From Trichodelitschia bisporula (lineage: Eukaryota), in contig ML996692.1 of the NCBI GenBank assembly GCA_010356995.1, positions 1,189,933 through 1,253,932 on the forward strand: 64,000 bases of DNA, read 5' to 3'. A program made the position numbers and the translations under genes. Every line of letters begins with the position of its first letter. Positions within the stretch are counted from its first letter, which is position 1. This document shows, piece by piece, positions 11,386-24,639 of the stretch. The notes beneath the pieces are model-generated. The model searched no databases. It was given only the letters and a program-made list of their open reading frames with translations, and was not told the DNA's origin.

Positions 11386-12443
11386 GGCGACGCGTATGTA
11401 GCGATATGTTCATGGAGTGATGGTGCTGCTGATGATGTCATTTCGAGCAAGTCACGTATCCAGGCCGCGTGGAATCTTGGCGTGTCGTCGTTGCTCTAGT
11501 GCTGCTATCAGTCTCATCCATCGATTTCACTGTCGTTAAACGCCTTCCATGATATTGACCTGATCCAGCTACACACCTTCTTCCTGGGGACTGCCACCGA
11601 CTCTTCACCACTGGACCCTGCGGAACATCATGGAAACATAGGCTTGCCACATGCAAAAGGCAACCGGACTGAAGTGAAGAGTTGATAAAAGACGAGAAGA
11701 AGACGAGAGTCAAGACGTGCTCGAGACTGGATATACGATGCCAAGTATCCTCCTATGGTCCTTCCTCCCATCATGCGCACATTACATCATTTTCCTCCTG
11801 TTCCTGTCTAACATAACAGTGCTCCTGCCTCATGTCTACATCAGAGCGCAGCCACACGCCCATAAAAGCGTGGAGCCATTAGTAGAGAGCTCAAGACTCA
11901 TCATCTCACTCAGATACGCTTCTACTGGATCACCACCCCATGACTCGGCAGTCCCGTCTCCGGAACCTCTCAATATGCAGCTGAAGCCGAAGGAAGCGAA
12001 GCCGACGGCAGTCAACCCCGATCAGGGAGCAAAAAACCAATCACGGCCACCTCGGACTGCGGTTGATTAGAGCAAGTCCATTGAGTACGATGCCAGACAC
12101 CACCAAAGTATAAATCAAGAGGCAACTTATTTGCTGCTACTAGCGGTTAGAACTAGGCGGTCTGATTTCAGCTAATTCATCGCAGCACCTCATCGGTGGT
12201 GCTCAACATCGTTAGCTGTTGCTTCAAGTCCAACCCCAACGTGGAGTACATGGTCATTGAACGCGTACTGGACGGACGCCCTTCGTTCGTAATATTCCGA
12301 ACGCCAGATCAGTCCTACTCCCACATCCCTCGCACTTCGTTCCCAAAATCATCATCCCCATACTTTTCATCCCAAATCCAAACCCCCCAAACGCCCAAAC
12401 TCCAACCCCACCCATCTACCCAAACGCCAAAACCCACAACCCC

Positions 12444-13765
12444 CTACCCCTTCCGTAACCAAATCTCATCCTCCCTCTTGTCCCCCCTCGGCTCCTCCTC
12501 CAACTCCGCAAACTCCATTGCATCAAAAGAGTTCGGCCCCACCGCCCTCCCGCCTCTCAGCGACTTCAAGGACCGCAGCGACTCCCTCACCGACCGCCCC
12601 GCCCCACTCCCGACTCGCGACTGCGGCGGCGCCGTAATGCCCGGCGGTCGCACCTGCTCCCCTCCGGCCTCGACATCTGCCGGCTTTCCCGCACTCGCCG
12701 ATCGGCTCCCCGTGCCGAACCACATGCTCACCCTGCTCTTCCCGAATACATCCCCCAGCATGCGGGGCGCGCGCTTGAGAACGATGTGGTGCATGGCCGG
12801 CAGGCACGCACTGACAACACCAAACCCCAGCTCCACCAGCGCGCCGTACATGAACCCAATACTCGTCCATAAGCGATCATAGGAGTTAAACACACGGTAC
12901 ACATATGCCGTCTTCAGCACCGCACCCACGCAGGCAAACGCGCCGAACAGGAAAACGGAAGATACGCCGACGCGGGTGCCGAGCGGGAGACGCAGGCGCA
13001 AGACGGTGTGAATGGGCAGGACCAGGAGCCAGATGTCCATCAGAAGGTAGACGATGCTCATGAAGAAGATGGAGAGCGCAAGGTTGTACCGCGGGACCGC
13101 GCCGTCGAGACGTGCTTGCAGGTCCCATCCGCCCCGGATGGGGCGCCAGCCGAAAACGAAGGTGAATACCTGGACGATGAATTGGAGGGTAAGGGCCACA
13201 GAGGTGATATGCAGGAAGACGCGGGTTCGCGGTGCCGCGACACCAATGAGCCGGTAGTAAAAGGCGATGATGCTCGCGCGGACGAGGCACACGGCACTGA
13301 AGTAGGCGATCACGCCCACGAACTCAAGCTGTGCGTCTCATTAGCCCCTTCCTCCTCTCAAATTCAACGAACCCCTCTTACCTCCTGTGTCTTAAGCACG
13401 CGCTTCCAACTCGCATCATACACATGCAACCCACACCCGCCCAGCCTCCCCAGCAAAACCATCGTCGCAATCAACCACAACGTAGCCAGCTGCCCGGGAA
13501 TAATAAGCCAGTCATCCAGCCCGAAGACCAGCTTCTTGACCCTGCCGCGGATCCACAGCCGTGCGAGCACGAATCCCGTCGTCAGCACCGCGGTGACATA
13601 TGCCAGGGCCTCGAAGCGCGGGAACGTGTTTGGCGGGACATACTCCGGGTTGAGCAGCCGTGGCGGTATGAAGGTGGGGTCGAAGTCGGGATACCGGGCG
13701 GCGTAGGCGAGCGCTTTGGCCAGTTCGGAGGGCGGGAGTTCAAAGATTGTGCCATCGTAGGACAT
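12444..13765 (-). CDS. PTH11-like (fungal rhodopsin-domain) integral membrane protein, no CFEM domain
   Basis: LARLWIR..FGLDDWL, DIWLLVLPI, VELGFGVVSACLP motifs; intron 13329-13381. Confidence 0.88.
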
Positions 13766-15337
13766 GATGCCGGTGTCGAGGCGTAGGCAAGGCCGTGAGG
13801 AATCCTGTTCACGTCGTCGGAGGGGAAGCCGAATATCAAAACCAGCAAGCAGCGAGCGCGCTCCACACGCGTCGGAGCCTCGACGCCGTTATAAGTGACC
13901 GAGTCTTGCTCCCTCCACCGTTCAGTGTGCCCCAAACCCGCCTCTGCCGCACCAAGGGCCAATTATTCCTCATCCCAAGCAAGCCTTGCTAGGATACGCC
14001 CGCGGAGCAAACCCCGTCAACGCACCACCACCGTCATGCAGGATTGGCACCAATACCCGGGTCACGGGCATCTCGTCCACTTCTCACGCCCCCGCATTTC
14101 CGCATTCTAGCGCATTCGGCATCGCCGCCGCAGAATCGAAGGATCGCGCCTGAGTCGCGCCGGGAGGCCTCGCGGACAGCCTTGCTATGGGACTTGCAGG
14201 CCACAGGACCTATCGGCAGACGGTAGACGCGGGCTAGCGGGCGCCGCGATTTGGCGCCAATGGGCCGAGACGCCACTAGAGCCGCGCACCGACCGAAGGC
14301 GGGGCTGGTAGGGGTTGGCGTGTGATACGCCTTGTAGGGATGTGATATATGTGGAAGGGGTTATGGTGAGGTGTTTCGGTGTCTGTGCCGAAACTGTAGT
14401 TCTAGGCGGTGGGTGAGTCGTGGTGGTGCCGAAATGAGCGGGGTTGAGACTGGATGGTGTCGTGATACAGTGACGGGTGGCAGACAGTTGACGCCTGCGT
14501 TGAAGCTGAAGTCGGCTTCGGCCACTAAATCTGACGAAACAGGCTGCCTGACTAGGTAAGGTTGTTGCTTCCACGACGTACCGTAGTAGCGTGATAATTC
14601 GTCAGTCCCCGCTTTCGCGCAGCGAAGCCGACCTCAACCCTTGAGCTGAAATCCACCTCTGCGAACCACTCGCTCTCGCATGCCGCCTCGAAAACTCCAT
14701 GACTTCAAGTCGAAAATATAGCGTCTGAGCTGCGATAACAGGTGCACCCCAACCGGCTGCCGGGTCATGGGCGGCGCTAAGTGCGTCAGTATAGTACGCC
14801 GCGCCGAGGAGGCCGACATCGTTCACCGGAATCCAAGCAAAGCGATACCGAAGACACGTCTTGCAATATCAAGCCGTCTTCTTGGGCCAGCTTTAAATAG
14901 CATCCGTTCGTAAAGGTAGAGATTTCACCTAATCATCCAGGTTGGAGGTTCCTTGTGATGAGAGCATGGCGGAAAACCCGTACGGATGTACAAAGGCAAC
15001 GAGTGCGGGGTGAAGGGTTGCGAGAGACAAAGAACAGAAGAGAAAAGAGGGTGGCGGGGTAAAGTCGTACCTGAGCCTGCTGGCGTGGCGATCATCAAAA
15101 GGCACGAAGATAGCACGGTAATCGCTTCATCTCGGGATGAAACTTGGCATCACATATGGCGCTTCATCGGGCGTGACAGGATCGCGTCCAAACGCCGCTC
15201 CACAAATTCGGTCTTGGCAAGGCTGGATACGGGGTTAGCCCCGCCAATCAGCCTAGCGCACCGGATCACCACAAACAACTAAGTCGGTTAAAGATTATCA
15301 AACCCATGAAACCCACGCTCAACTACCAGTACACGCT

Positions 15338-17274
15338 CTAGATAACAATCTCAGCCGGAAGTTCAATCTGCAGCACATCCGCGCCCGCCAAAAGCTCGCG
15401 CTTGGTCGGCATCTTGCCCCTGCGCATCAACTCCGCCGACTGCACCATAACCGGATCCTTGCCCATGGTCGCAACGGCGACAACTTCATCGCCCTGCGTG
15501 TAATAGGCGGCAAACGCCGGCTTCTCCGTGTCGCCTTGGATGACCACATCGTCGTATCCCCCAACTGTGTTTCCGCAGTACCGCAGCTGCTGTCCCAGCG
15601 CAGACCAGAACACAGGAATGAACGGCTTGGGCTTGGATCCCGGGTTGTTGATGACGTGTGCGACGCTGCGGCCCGAGTTCTGCGCAACATTCCAGTGCTC
15701 GATGCGGATTGGGTTGCCCTTGCCGCCCGGGCCGTGGTATGGGTACGTCGCGATGTCGCCGATGGCGTACACGTCTTTCAGGCCCTTGACTTCGTATGCC
15801 TCGTTCGTCAACAGAGACTGGTCTTTCAGGAGATCGACTTTGGAGTTGCCCTGCAGATATGACGTCTGAGGAGAGATACCGACGCCTTCGATGACGACGT
15901 CGGCTTCGAGGACAGTGCCGTCCTTGAGGTGCACGGCGCCGACCTTGGAGGAATCGTTGGAGGAGGGCGAGGCGTGCGACACTGAAGCATTGAGGTAGAA
16001 CTTGACGCCAGTTTTTTCGAGAAGACCGCGGAAGATGCGGCCGATTTTGGTGCCCATGACGCGCTCCATGGGTTCGGACTCCATGCCGATGACGGACTGG
16101 GGTGTAAGTTTACGTTCCTAATTCGGTGGTGGACTTACGACGTCATTGCCTTTGCCTTGCAGGCAGTTGGCAACCTCCATGCCGATGAACGAACTACCGA
16201 CGACGACAACCTTCTTGCCATTCTCACCAATTGCGCCCATGATTGATTTAGCGTGCGGCAGGGTACGCAGTACAAACACATTCTCGAGGTCACCCTTCAG
16301 GCCGTCGAGCGGCAGCCAGCGCGGCGAGCCGCCCGTAGCAAGGATCAGCTTGGTGTAGTCGAAAGTCTCACCAGACTCGGTCTGTAGCTTCTTCGCTGCA
16401 AAGTCGATCGACGTGACCTTATCCTCCACCAGGTCGATATCTGCTTCCTTGTAGAATTCCTCCGGGCGCCAGGCCAGCTTCTCAATGTCCGTGAGAAGAG
16501 CCTTGGACAACTTGGTGCGGTCAATGGGCCGGTAGCCTTCCGACGTGATGACGGTGATGTCGCCAGTGAACCCACCGCCGCGGAGCGCTTCCATGGCACC
16601 GAGGCCACCACTCCCACTGTGCCGTGTCAGTTCCGTAGCAGTAAAAACCGACCTGCTTACCCTCCCACAATAACCACCTTTTCCGGCCCCTTGGCCGCAC
16701 ATTTGAGATTCAACTTGCGCTTGTTCTGCTTGATGACAGCCTCATCGCCGCGGATGTACACCGCACCATCCTTCTCAAACACTTCGTACTTGGACAATGG
16801 ATCCAAGGCCGGCGCGTCCTCCACGTCACCCGTCGCAATGTTGAAGCAAGCTGCTCACATCAGCGGCTGTTTGCGCACATCGGCACCCCACGTACCTCCG
16901 TGCCAAGGGCAAGTGATCCGCCCCGCGCTGTTGACGACACCATTCTTCAGCGGCGCGCCGTAGTGGGTGCAATTGGCGCTCATGGCGTGGACTTGGTCGT
17001 TGACCTTGACGAGCAGCACCTTGCCCTTTTCGAGCCCCTCAAGCTCATACTGCTCCTTGTGCCCGTTCTTGAAGTCGAGCGAGCTAAGGTCCTTGACGCG
17101 GTATTCTTGGACCATGTTTGCGATACGGGAGGTGGAGAATCTAAGTGCGAAGTTGAGCGTAGGATATGTGCAAGGAGTGAGAAACTGTCGGCGCAGCGGA
17201 CGGAGGGTTGCCGTAGATGTTGTAGTGCGCAAGAAGGTTGGGGAGAGGGGGATGAGGGGAGGCATGCGGGGCAT
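15338..17274 (-). CDS. AIF-like Rieske [2Fe-2S] / FAD-dependent pyridine nucleotide-disulfide oxidoreductase
   Basis: Rieske CTHYG..CPWHG; GSSFIGME; AIGDIA; IEHWNVA; FWS motif; three short introns; ATGs at 17274 and 17115. Confidence 0.92.
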
Positions 17275-17500
17275 ATGTCAGCTTAGAGGCCATCCCCGGC
17301 AGAGCTTCTAATGAGCCGCTTTTGATTGATTCGCTGCGCAGCCTGGCGTCATCGTGACCAGGGTGCCTTGCCGGTTCCCGTTGGCAAGTGGAGCTTATGT
17401 AATCATCATCAATGTCACTCCGGGATTATCACCGACCTCACCTGCTCAGCATTGGGATATCTTATCACGAGCGGCTGCAGTCAGATCTTTATTCTTCTAC

Positions 17501-19372
17501 TTATTGGTCTTTTCGAACATATTTCACCGGCCCCACATACACATGCCGACCCTTGAAGTAGTAGTAGATAAGCGAAAACAACATAACAGCGCCATACATG
17601 ATGATGCTCCAGTTCATGACTGACGGGGGCGGGTTTGGTTCCGGTGGGAAGAAGCACATGACGAACACGAGAAGCAGGAACAGCACCGAGAACGCGTTGA
17701 TGGCCATTCCGTACTGTCCGAGGCTGAAGCGTCGCTTGAGTAGAGGCTCGCCGCGCCATCGCTTCAGCGTCACGCAGGAGATGGAGACCATGTAGGACGA
17801 TACTAGTGCGCAGACTCCCAGGGATGTTATGGTGTTGTAGGCGATCGTTGACCCTATGTTTATGAGCGACAGCGCTGAAACGAATACCAGGGTTAGGATC
17901 ACGGCGTTCAGTGGAATATCCCACCCCGGCGGCACCTGGGCTGTCAGCAAAAGATGTAAAACTCGAAGCTAACTTACGTATGCAAAGACTTTGGCAAACG
18001 GTATTCCGTTGTCTCGGGCGAACGCAAACAACTGACGCGAAGCCGTGGCAATGTTGGTGATGCAGCAAAATACCGACAGCGTGATGAGAACCGATGTCAT
18101 GACGGTAGCGCCACCAATCGACTGCGTGCCATCGGCAAACACCTGCACGAAAGGGTACAAGGCCCCAGCGGGCGAGGCACGGACTGCGTCTACATCACCA
18201 AGGCAAAAGCAGAAGGTGATGAGCATCAGAAAGCCAAGGATCCCGTTGAACACCGCGGTCGCCATCATCGCTCTCGGCAACGTGTACGATGCGTCCTGCA
18301 GTTCCTACACCGTGTCAGCTCGGCCAGAAATCCTCGGAGCGTCCTACCTCCGACATATGCGTCGCTGCATCGGAACCGATAAGGGCCACCGTTGGCGTTA
18401 GAATGCCGACAAGGCACGAGAGTCCCTGGTTTCCCCACCCGTTATCCATGAAGCTCGTAAACACCTCTTCGGCAGGGGTCCGGGGAGCTAAGATCCACAA
18501 CGGAATCATGACGGCGAAGAAACCGATGACGTGCAGGATTAGCACTGTTCCCTCGACTAGCGGCAACTTGCGGGCAAGGAAGGTGTTGAAGATGCCACAG
18601 ATTATCGTCAGGCAGATGACCATGAGCGAGCCGTGCCATGGTTTCATATGGTACGTCGTGGGGTAGTTGAGTACGATCAGTGCTTGAATTTCGGTGCCGG
18701 CAAGAAAGGCACTCGATGCGGCGCCAGTCTGCCAGCCGAGTGCCGACAGCCAGCCGACCATGTAGCTGAGGAACTTCTGATACTCCTTTGGACTGAATTC
18801 GCTGACCCAGTGGTACTGTCCGCCAGCTGTAGGTGCCCTGTCGCCTATTAGTTACTGATATCAGGAGAAAAGGGAACATACATGGAGGCCATTTCCGCCA
18901 TGGACGCTATCACGGCGGAGAATCCGATAAAGGTACCGATGTAGACATAGATCATCCCCGCAGTGCCGCCGTTATTGATACCATTCACTGCACTCCTGCA
19001 GATATCGGATGTCAGCTCCACCCCTGCATTCGGGAAGCATACTTACCCCAGCTGTGTTTCCCACGTCGACAACAGAATCATGGAAAAGCCAAAGATGGAC
19101 AAGAACCCGAAGTTTCTCTACACGAAACGTCAATTCCGAAATTCTGGCAATGGCATTGCGCATACCCTCAGCTTCTGCGTCTTGCCCATGCGGTACATGT
19201 CCATCCGATCGGCAGCGGTGCCGAAGCGCTCGGAATAAGCCTTGACATCATCGCCCGGCGTACTCATGCCGAAACGCTCGGAGTAAGCCTGAATGTCGTC
19301 GCCCGCGGCGGACCCCGCGTCAGCGCCGGTGACGTGTGTTGTCGTCTCCATTGCGCTTGCATTGGGGGCCAT
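17501..19372 (-). CDS. Amino-acid/choline/GABA permease (APC superfamily, ACT family)
   Basis: DMYRMGKTQKLR, GGQYHWVSEF, GWLSALGWQ, DAATHMSE, SRQLFAFARDNGIPF; multi-exon. Confidence 0.92.
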
Positions 19373-19398
19373 GCGCCGGCAGTCTGGTGTCGATGAGG

Positions 19399-19435
<37 letters not shown>

Positions 19436-20664
19436 TGTGGGCGCAAGGCGAAGTGTCGAGCAACGTTTAATAGCCGCAGCAGCAGACAGCAAACATCAAA
19501 GATTGTGTGCAGTGTGTAACGAGCGTCCGTCTCCCCGCCAGCCCAGGCGACAAAGGGGGTTGTCCTCTTAAGCGTTCGTCCGCTACGAGAGCCCCACGTC
19601 GACCGATGAGGAGCAAGAGGCAAGGGGAATGGACATTATCCCACACCTCCCCCTCCACCCCCCTTCGCCTTCCCCACCACCTTTTCCCCCCAGGGCCCTG
19701 GTTTGGCCGTTTGTGACGGCCGCACAGGCGAGTGACAGGTCAGAAGGAAGCGGCGCCGGCCAACACGTCGAGTGCGAATGCCATGCGAGCCCACCCGGGG
19801 TATTGGCGGCGTACAAAAAATGGCCCAGCGAAAAGCAGCCAAACGCCCACAAGAGACGAGGGGCTTAATATGTCGTGGAACGTCGCATCTGCATTTTGCA
19901 CCTCGCTGACGAATGATATACGTCCTCCGCTATGCACCGGCCGTCCTCAAACCCCTCCACAAACCAGGAAATCGCCCATATCAGCTCTGATCCTTCAGAA
20001 AACTATAATTCAGCTTTGCAAGTTCAAGCCGCCTGCTATTGTGATATCTCTAGATAGTAAAGTTCAGCCTGGGCATCTGCTTTCAGCGTCCCCACATCCC
20101 TCCCCCCCCCCAGCAAATCGAACGCCCCGATCTCGTGCCACCGCACCTACTGTGGCACAAACCGCCGCACCCTTGGTAAATTACCCCCCAGCACCAAGCC
20201 GCCCCATCCCCCAGCCGTGCAACCGCCCTTCCCCGACGCCGCATGCCTCGCTGCATCGCCGAAGGCCACCCACAGGACCGGCGGGCCCTCGCACACCCAC
20301 CCAGCCCAGAAGCCCACAGGACGCTCCTCGCCAACCGGCCTGCGCATCCCTTGCCCGCCTCGCCAAACAGCCGAAGAGCAAATACATATGTATGTAGGCG
20401 CAATGCGGCCTTAAGCCGATACTCGGGATGTGGCATGCATGCGTTCCCTCGCTCCCTGCCCCCAACACGGCCAGTGCTCACCCACTTGCGCCGCATGTTG
20501 GCGGTGTAACGCGCCCGCCAAGCTCACAACGAAGAAAGCGCAACGGAAAATGTGACATTTGACAACGTAGTAAACCGCGCAAGCCCCACCGCACCCACCG
20601 CGGCCGCGCCGTTGCAAAGCTGAACCCCACACCACAAACAAACCCCACCCTCCCGCCATCAGCC

Positions 20665-21409
20665 ATGCCCATCCGCCCCGCCACCGCCCCCGACCTCCCC
20701 GCCCTCGCCGCAATCCTAACCCGCGCCTTCTGGGACGAAGACGCAACAGGCCGCTTCCTGCACCCGCACCGCGCAGCCTATCCCGCCGACGTGCACACCT
20801 ACTGGGAGCGCCGCCTGCGCCCCGCGTGCTACGATTGGCAAACGGACATTCTGCTCTGCACCGCGGCGTCGGAGGAATCCACGGATGCGAAAGCGTCCGA
20901 GCGCCCCGTCGGCGTCGCGGTGTGGACGCGCCGCGGCCGCACCGGGCAAGTCCTCGGGCCGGCCGATCCACGTGAGTGCCCAGGCCGATCCTGCCGGATC
21001 GGCAGCTGACGAAGTAGGCCGGGCGTTGAAGCCGCTGGTTCGTGCGCTGCTTGCAGTTGTGGAATGGGTGTGGCCGAATCGGGCGGCGGATCCGGCGGCG
21101 GTGCGGGCGTTTAAGAGTGCGGCCCCGTGGTTCGAACGGGCGTTTGAGGGCCGGGAGGAGTGTTGGGAGTTGGACACTTTGGGGGTTGAGCCAGGATTCC
21201 AGGGACGGGGGGTGGGGAGGAGTCTGGTTGAATGGGGGTTTGAGAGGGCAAAGATGGAGGGGGTGCCGGTGGGGGTTGTGTGTGCGGACGGGACGGAGGG
21301 GTTCTATCGCGCTTGTGGATTTGTGGTCGAGGGTGGATGCGTAACGGAGGGGGTGGGGAATCCGCTTGCTGGTGTTAGGGGAGGGAGCGTGCTGTTTTGC
21401 GATCCGTGA
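20665..21409 (+). CDS. GNAT-family N-acetyltransferase
   Basis: MPIRPAT start; LGVEPGFQGRGVG acetyl-CoA motif; FYRACGF; intron 20972-21017. Confidence 0.88.
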
Positions 21410-21653
21410 AATGGGCGGCGGTGGGTGGAGTGTGTCTCTGATGGTGGAGGGTATCTCTGATATCGCGCGCGCGATGTAACTCTTCAGTCAACCGTCCAAC
21501 CGGCAACCAAAAACGGGTCAATATGTCGTACGAGCTGCGTCCATCCAAAATCGTCGTGACAAGTCGACAAATCAATCTGATTGCAACTCCGCAGATCTCG
21601 CTTCGCCATGCGGCGAAAATGCAGGCCCTATTGCCGGCGTGCAGCACCCGCAT

Positions 21654-23101
21654 CTAGCGGTACGTAATTGCCTCCCCGACGCGCCAGCGCACATCGCGGC
21701 GGCCCGACTTGCCTTGCGCGCTAGGCGCGGGCACCTCAGGGTCTGCCGGCCAGCGTGCAGCATAGCGCGGCGCCCCGCCTTTTCGCCGCGGGTCGGGGCG
21801 CAGATGGCTGGCGAGGAAGAAGTCCGGGGACTCGGCGTCGGGGGCGCGGGGCGCGCGGCTCGAGATTGATTCGATGCGGTATGGTTCGCGTCCGCGCTCC
21901 CGCTCTCGCTCGCTCGGGGCGGTGGACTGGGCAGAGGATTGGACTTTGAAGGAGACGTCCATCATCATGGAGGTGTCGAAGGACATTAGGAAGCCTTTGA
22001 GGTTGGGGATTGTGGCGGAGATGAGCGAGTATGTTAGTTCGGCTTGTTCGCAGATGAGGGCGGGGACGATGAGCATTGATATGTCGGCGGGAGGGCGAGT
22101 TCGTGATAAGTATATTATATGGAGGATGGCGACGGCTACCAGCCTGAACTGACTGTTAGCGGTTCCCTTCTGGTGAGATTCCAGGGACGGCTGGGGACGC
22201 ACGGAAGCCTGAAGACGAAGGCAAATACGACGCGGAGCTTCAGCCCCATGCGCATCTGTAGTCTCCACACGAGGCCGGAAGACAGAATAACAATCATCAC
22301 TTCGGTCACGGCGTCAAAGACACCAATGAACCGCCACCGGAGCAACTGCCACAACTTAGTGGTGGGTCTGTTAGTTGAGGACTTGGATGCCTACTTGATC
22401 CTCGCACCGGCCACTGCGGGGCTGAAGAAGATCCTGCGGGCTGCATCGAACTGATAGGGCGACGATAGAGGAGCAAGCCCATAACGCCATGATGCCAAGA
22501 TTGATCTGAAGTTGCGTCAGTCTTCACGCACGGCGAGAATATGCCAGGGCCCATTACATCGCATAAAAGCCGATGGCGTTGCATGTCATCGGAGAAAAGG
22601 CGCCGAATGAGACACACTACGGAACATTTCGACAAACAAAGACTGAGAATGGAAGCTATGCGACTGGCAAAGAGGGACTAGACAGCCAGGATGCGTTAGT
22701 GCGAGGTCGGAGTGGAGGGTTTCTTCGAGCTCTTTTTGACCGACCTGACTGCTCGCCCGCAGGTGGGTGGCGTCCAGCACACTCGAGGACTCCCCGAGGC
22801 CTTGATGGAGGGCGACATAGAAGGCGGCCAGCGACGCAACCGCAACAACCTGAACCTCCGATTAGCGGCGGACACGGCGGACAGCAAAGACGGCAAAGGC
22901 GAAGAAACAGCATACGGTTGCGGCAGCGCACATCCAGTCGTCGATTCCGAAGCATTTTCGTTTGATGAAGGTGCGGACGAGAAGCGAGAGGACGGCATAG
23001 ATTCCGGCGAGGAGAGACGCAATCCAGAGCACACCCGCATGGTCATCCTGGGTCATGGGGGAGAAGCGCATCTTCGTCTGCTCGAGCCCCGGGGACGTCA
23101 T
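21654..23101 (-). CDS. PTH11-like integral membrane protein (multi-exon)
   Basis: DDHAGVLWI..FGIDDW, LSKCSVVCLIRRLF, LVWRLQM..KLRVVFAFVFRL, EQAELTYSLISATIP; canonical introns join the short ORFs. Confidence 0.8.
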
Positions 23102-24639
23102 CGTCAATGTATGCCGGTGAGTGAAAGGGGAATTGCGACTACGGGGAGCGAGAGCCGCGGTTTTGAAGGGGTTAAGACACCGGCACGAAAGGCGGGCCCC
23201 GAGCCTTTGGAGGGCATTGTAGGACACAAGTACGAAGATAGCAGTCTGGTGTTTCCCAGTACTGGGGTTCAAAGATTATTGCCCTTCCAAATGGAAAGTT
23301 GGAATGGGAGGAATAAGAAGCGGCAGAGGCGACGAGCGTTCCGGTTCTACGGTTGCGGTCATCACGGCCACTCGCCATCGAGTTGTGGCCAGCAGTCGAG
23401 GGGAATGGGGCAGTTGACCCATCTCAAGCTTACTCAAACGGCCGGCGTACAACGTTACGGATGGGATTGCTACCGTCGGCGCGGAAGAGCAGCATTTGGC
23501 CTTTTGGGCCTTCTCCATGAAGGCGGGGGAGATAGGGCAGCACTGGCAGGCATTCTGTCGACGGGCTCCCTTGCTCTGGTGGAGGAAATGATCAGCCGAA
23601 GACTCGTGGGACGAAGAGGAAACGAAGCGTCGTCGTACAAGTAGGCGAGCAGCAGGACGAATCGTCCGTCCAACCACACTGGTGCGACGGTCAGTTGGGG
23701 GAAGGGGATCGTGAGAATCAAGCGGCTTTCCCAGCTCCGTACGGCGGCTTTGGGGCTGCATCTTTGCATGTTAGCACCGGGACGACTAAGGGAGGTGGTT
23801 GGAGGACGAAGCGGTCGTCGGATGTTGAAGACGCCAATCCCTCAGAGCGATCGGGAATTATGCAAGCCACACGCCACAGCCGATTGCTCACGCCGCGCGC
23901 CTGTCCACCCGCGCGGCCACCAGCTTTCGGAGTCCCGCTTCTGATTTCTTAAATTGTTCTGTGTCGCTTCACGCCCTGGAAGCCTGGTGATCGGATTTTC
24001 GGCATATACATGACGTGCAAGTTCCTCCCAAAAATCGGCTGGCCTCCTCTTTGGACGGACAGAGACGACAGCTCGGCATGCGTTAAAGTAAAAGCAGCAA
24101 AGCAAAGAGGAACGCGGGGTCTACAAGCTGGCCGCTTCGATCAGTCCAAGTTTCAGTTCGTGCTTATGGCGAGTTCAAGTTCCACTTCCCCTTCTCCGGC
24201 ATACCGTCAATATTTGCTCTGACGCGCGGCTCCAGGATGCCTCACTCGGAAGCATGATTTCTGACGTCGATCCGGCAGGAGCCTCAAAGGCACCCAACCA
24301 TATTCAGCGCTTCAAGATTGATACCCACTCATTCTCTACTGCGCTTTTGATCGCAGAGAACGTCTGCCTATTTTTCGGGGGTAGTAAAGCAAAGGACAGT
24401 ATGTATTCTTATCTGGTGAATTAAGGCCCACTTAGCAGCATGATAAGACGACAAGGCAAAGCCCTCCTCAGATCTACAATTTTCATCGGTACAACAGCTC
24501 TCTACTGTCAACAGTCACGTCCGGGGCCTTCTGGCTTGAATATCGGGTTCGATTCATTTTGCTCTGGCTCCCTTCTGAAGTGCGATTGTGCCCACCATTA
24601 CCGATAGGATGGATAGTAACTACATGTTCTCCGCCAGAC

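Noticed and set aside
22712..23644. 310-aa plus-strand ORF
   Set aside because: Non-ATG start, antisense to the PTH11-like gene, no domain features.
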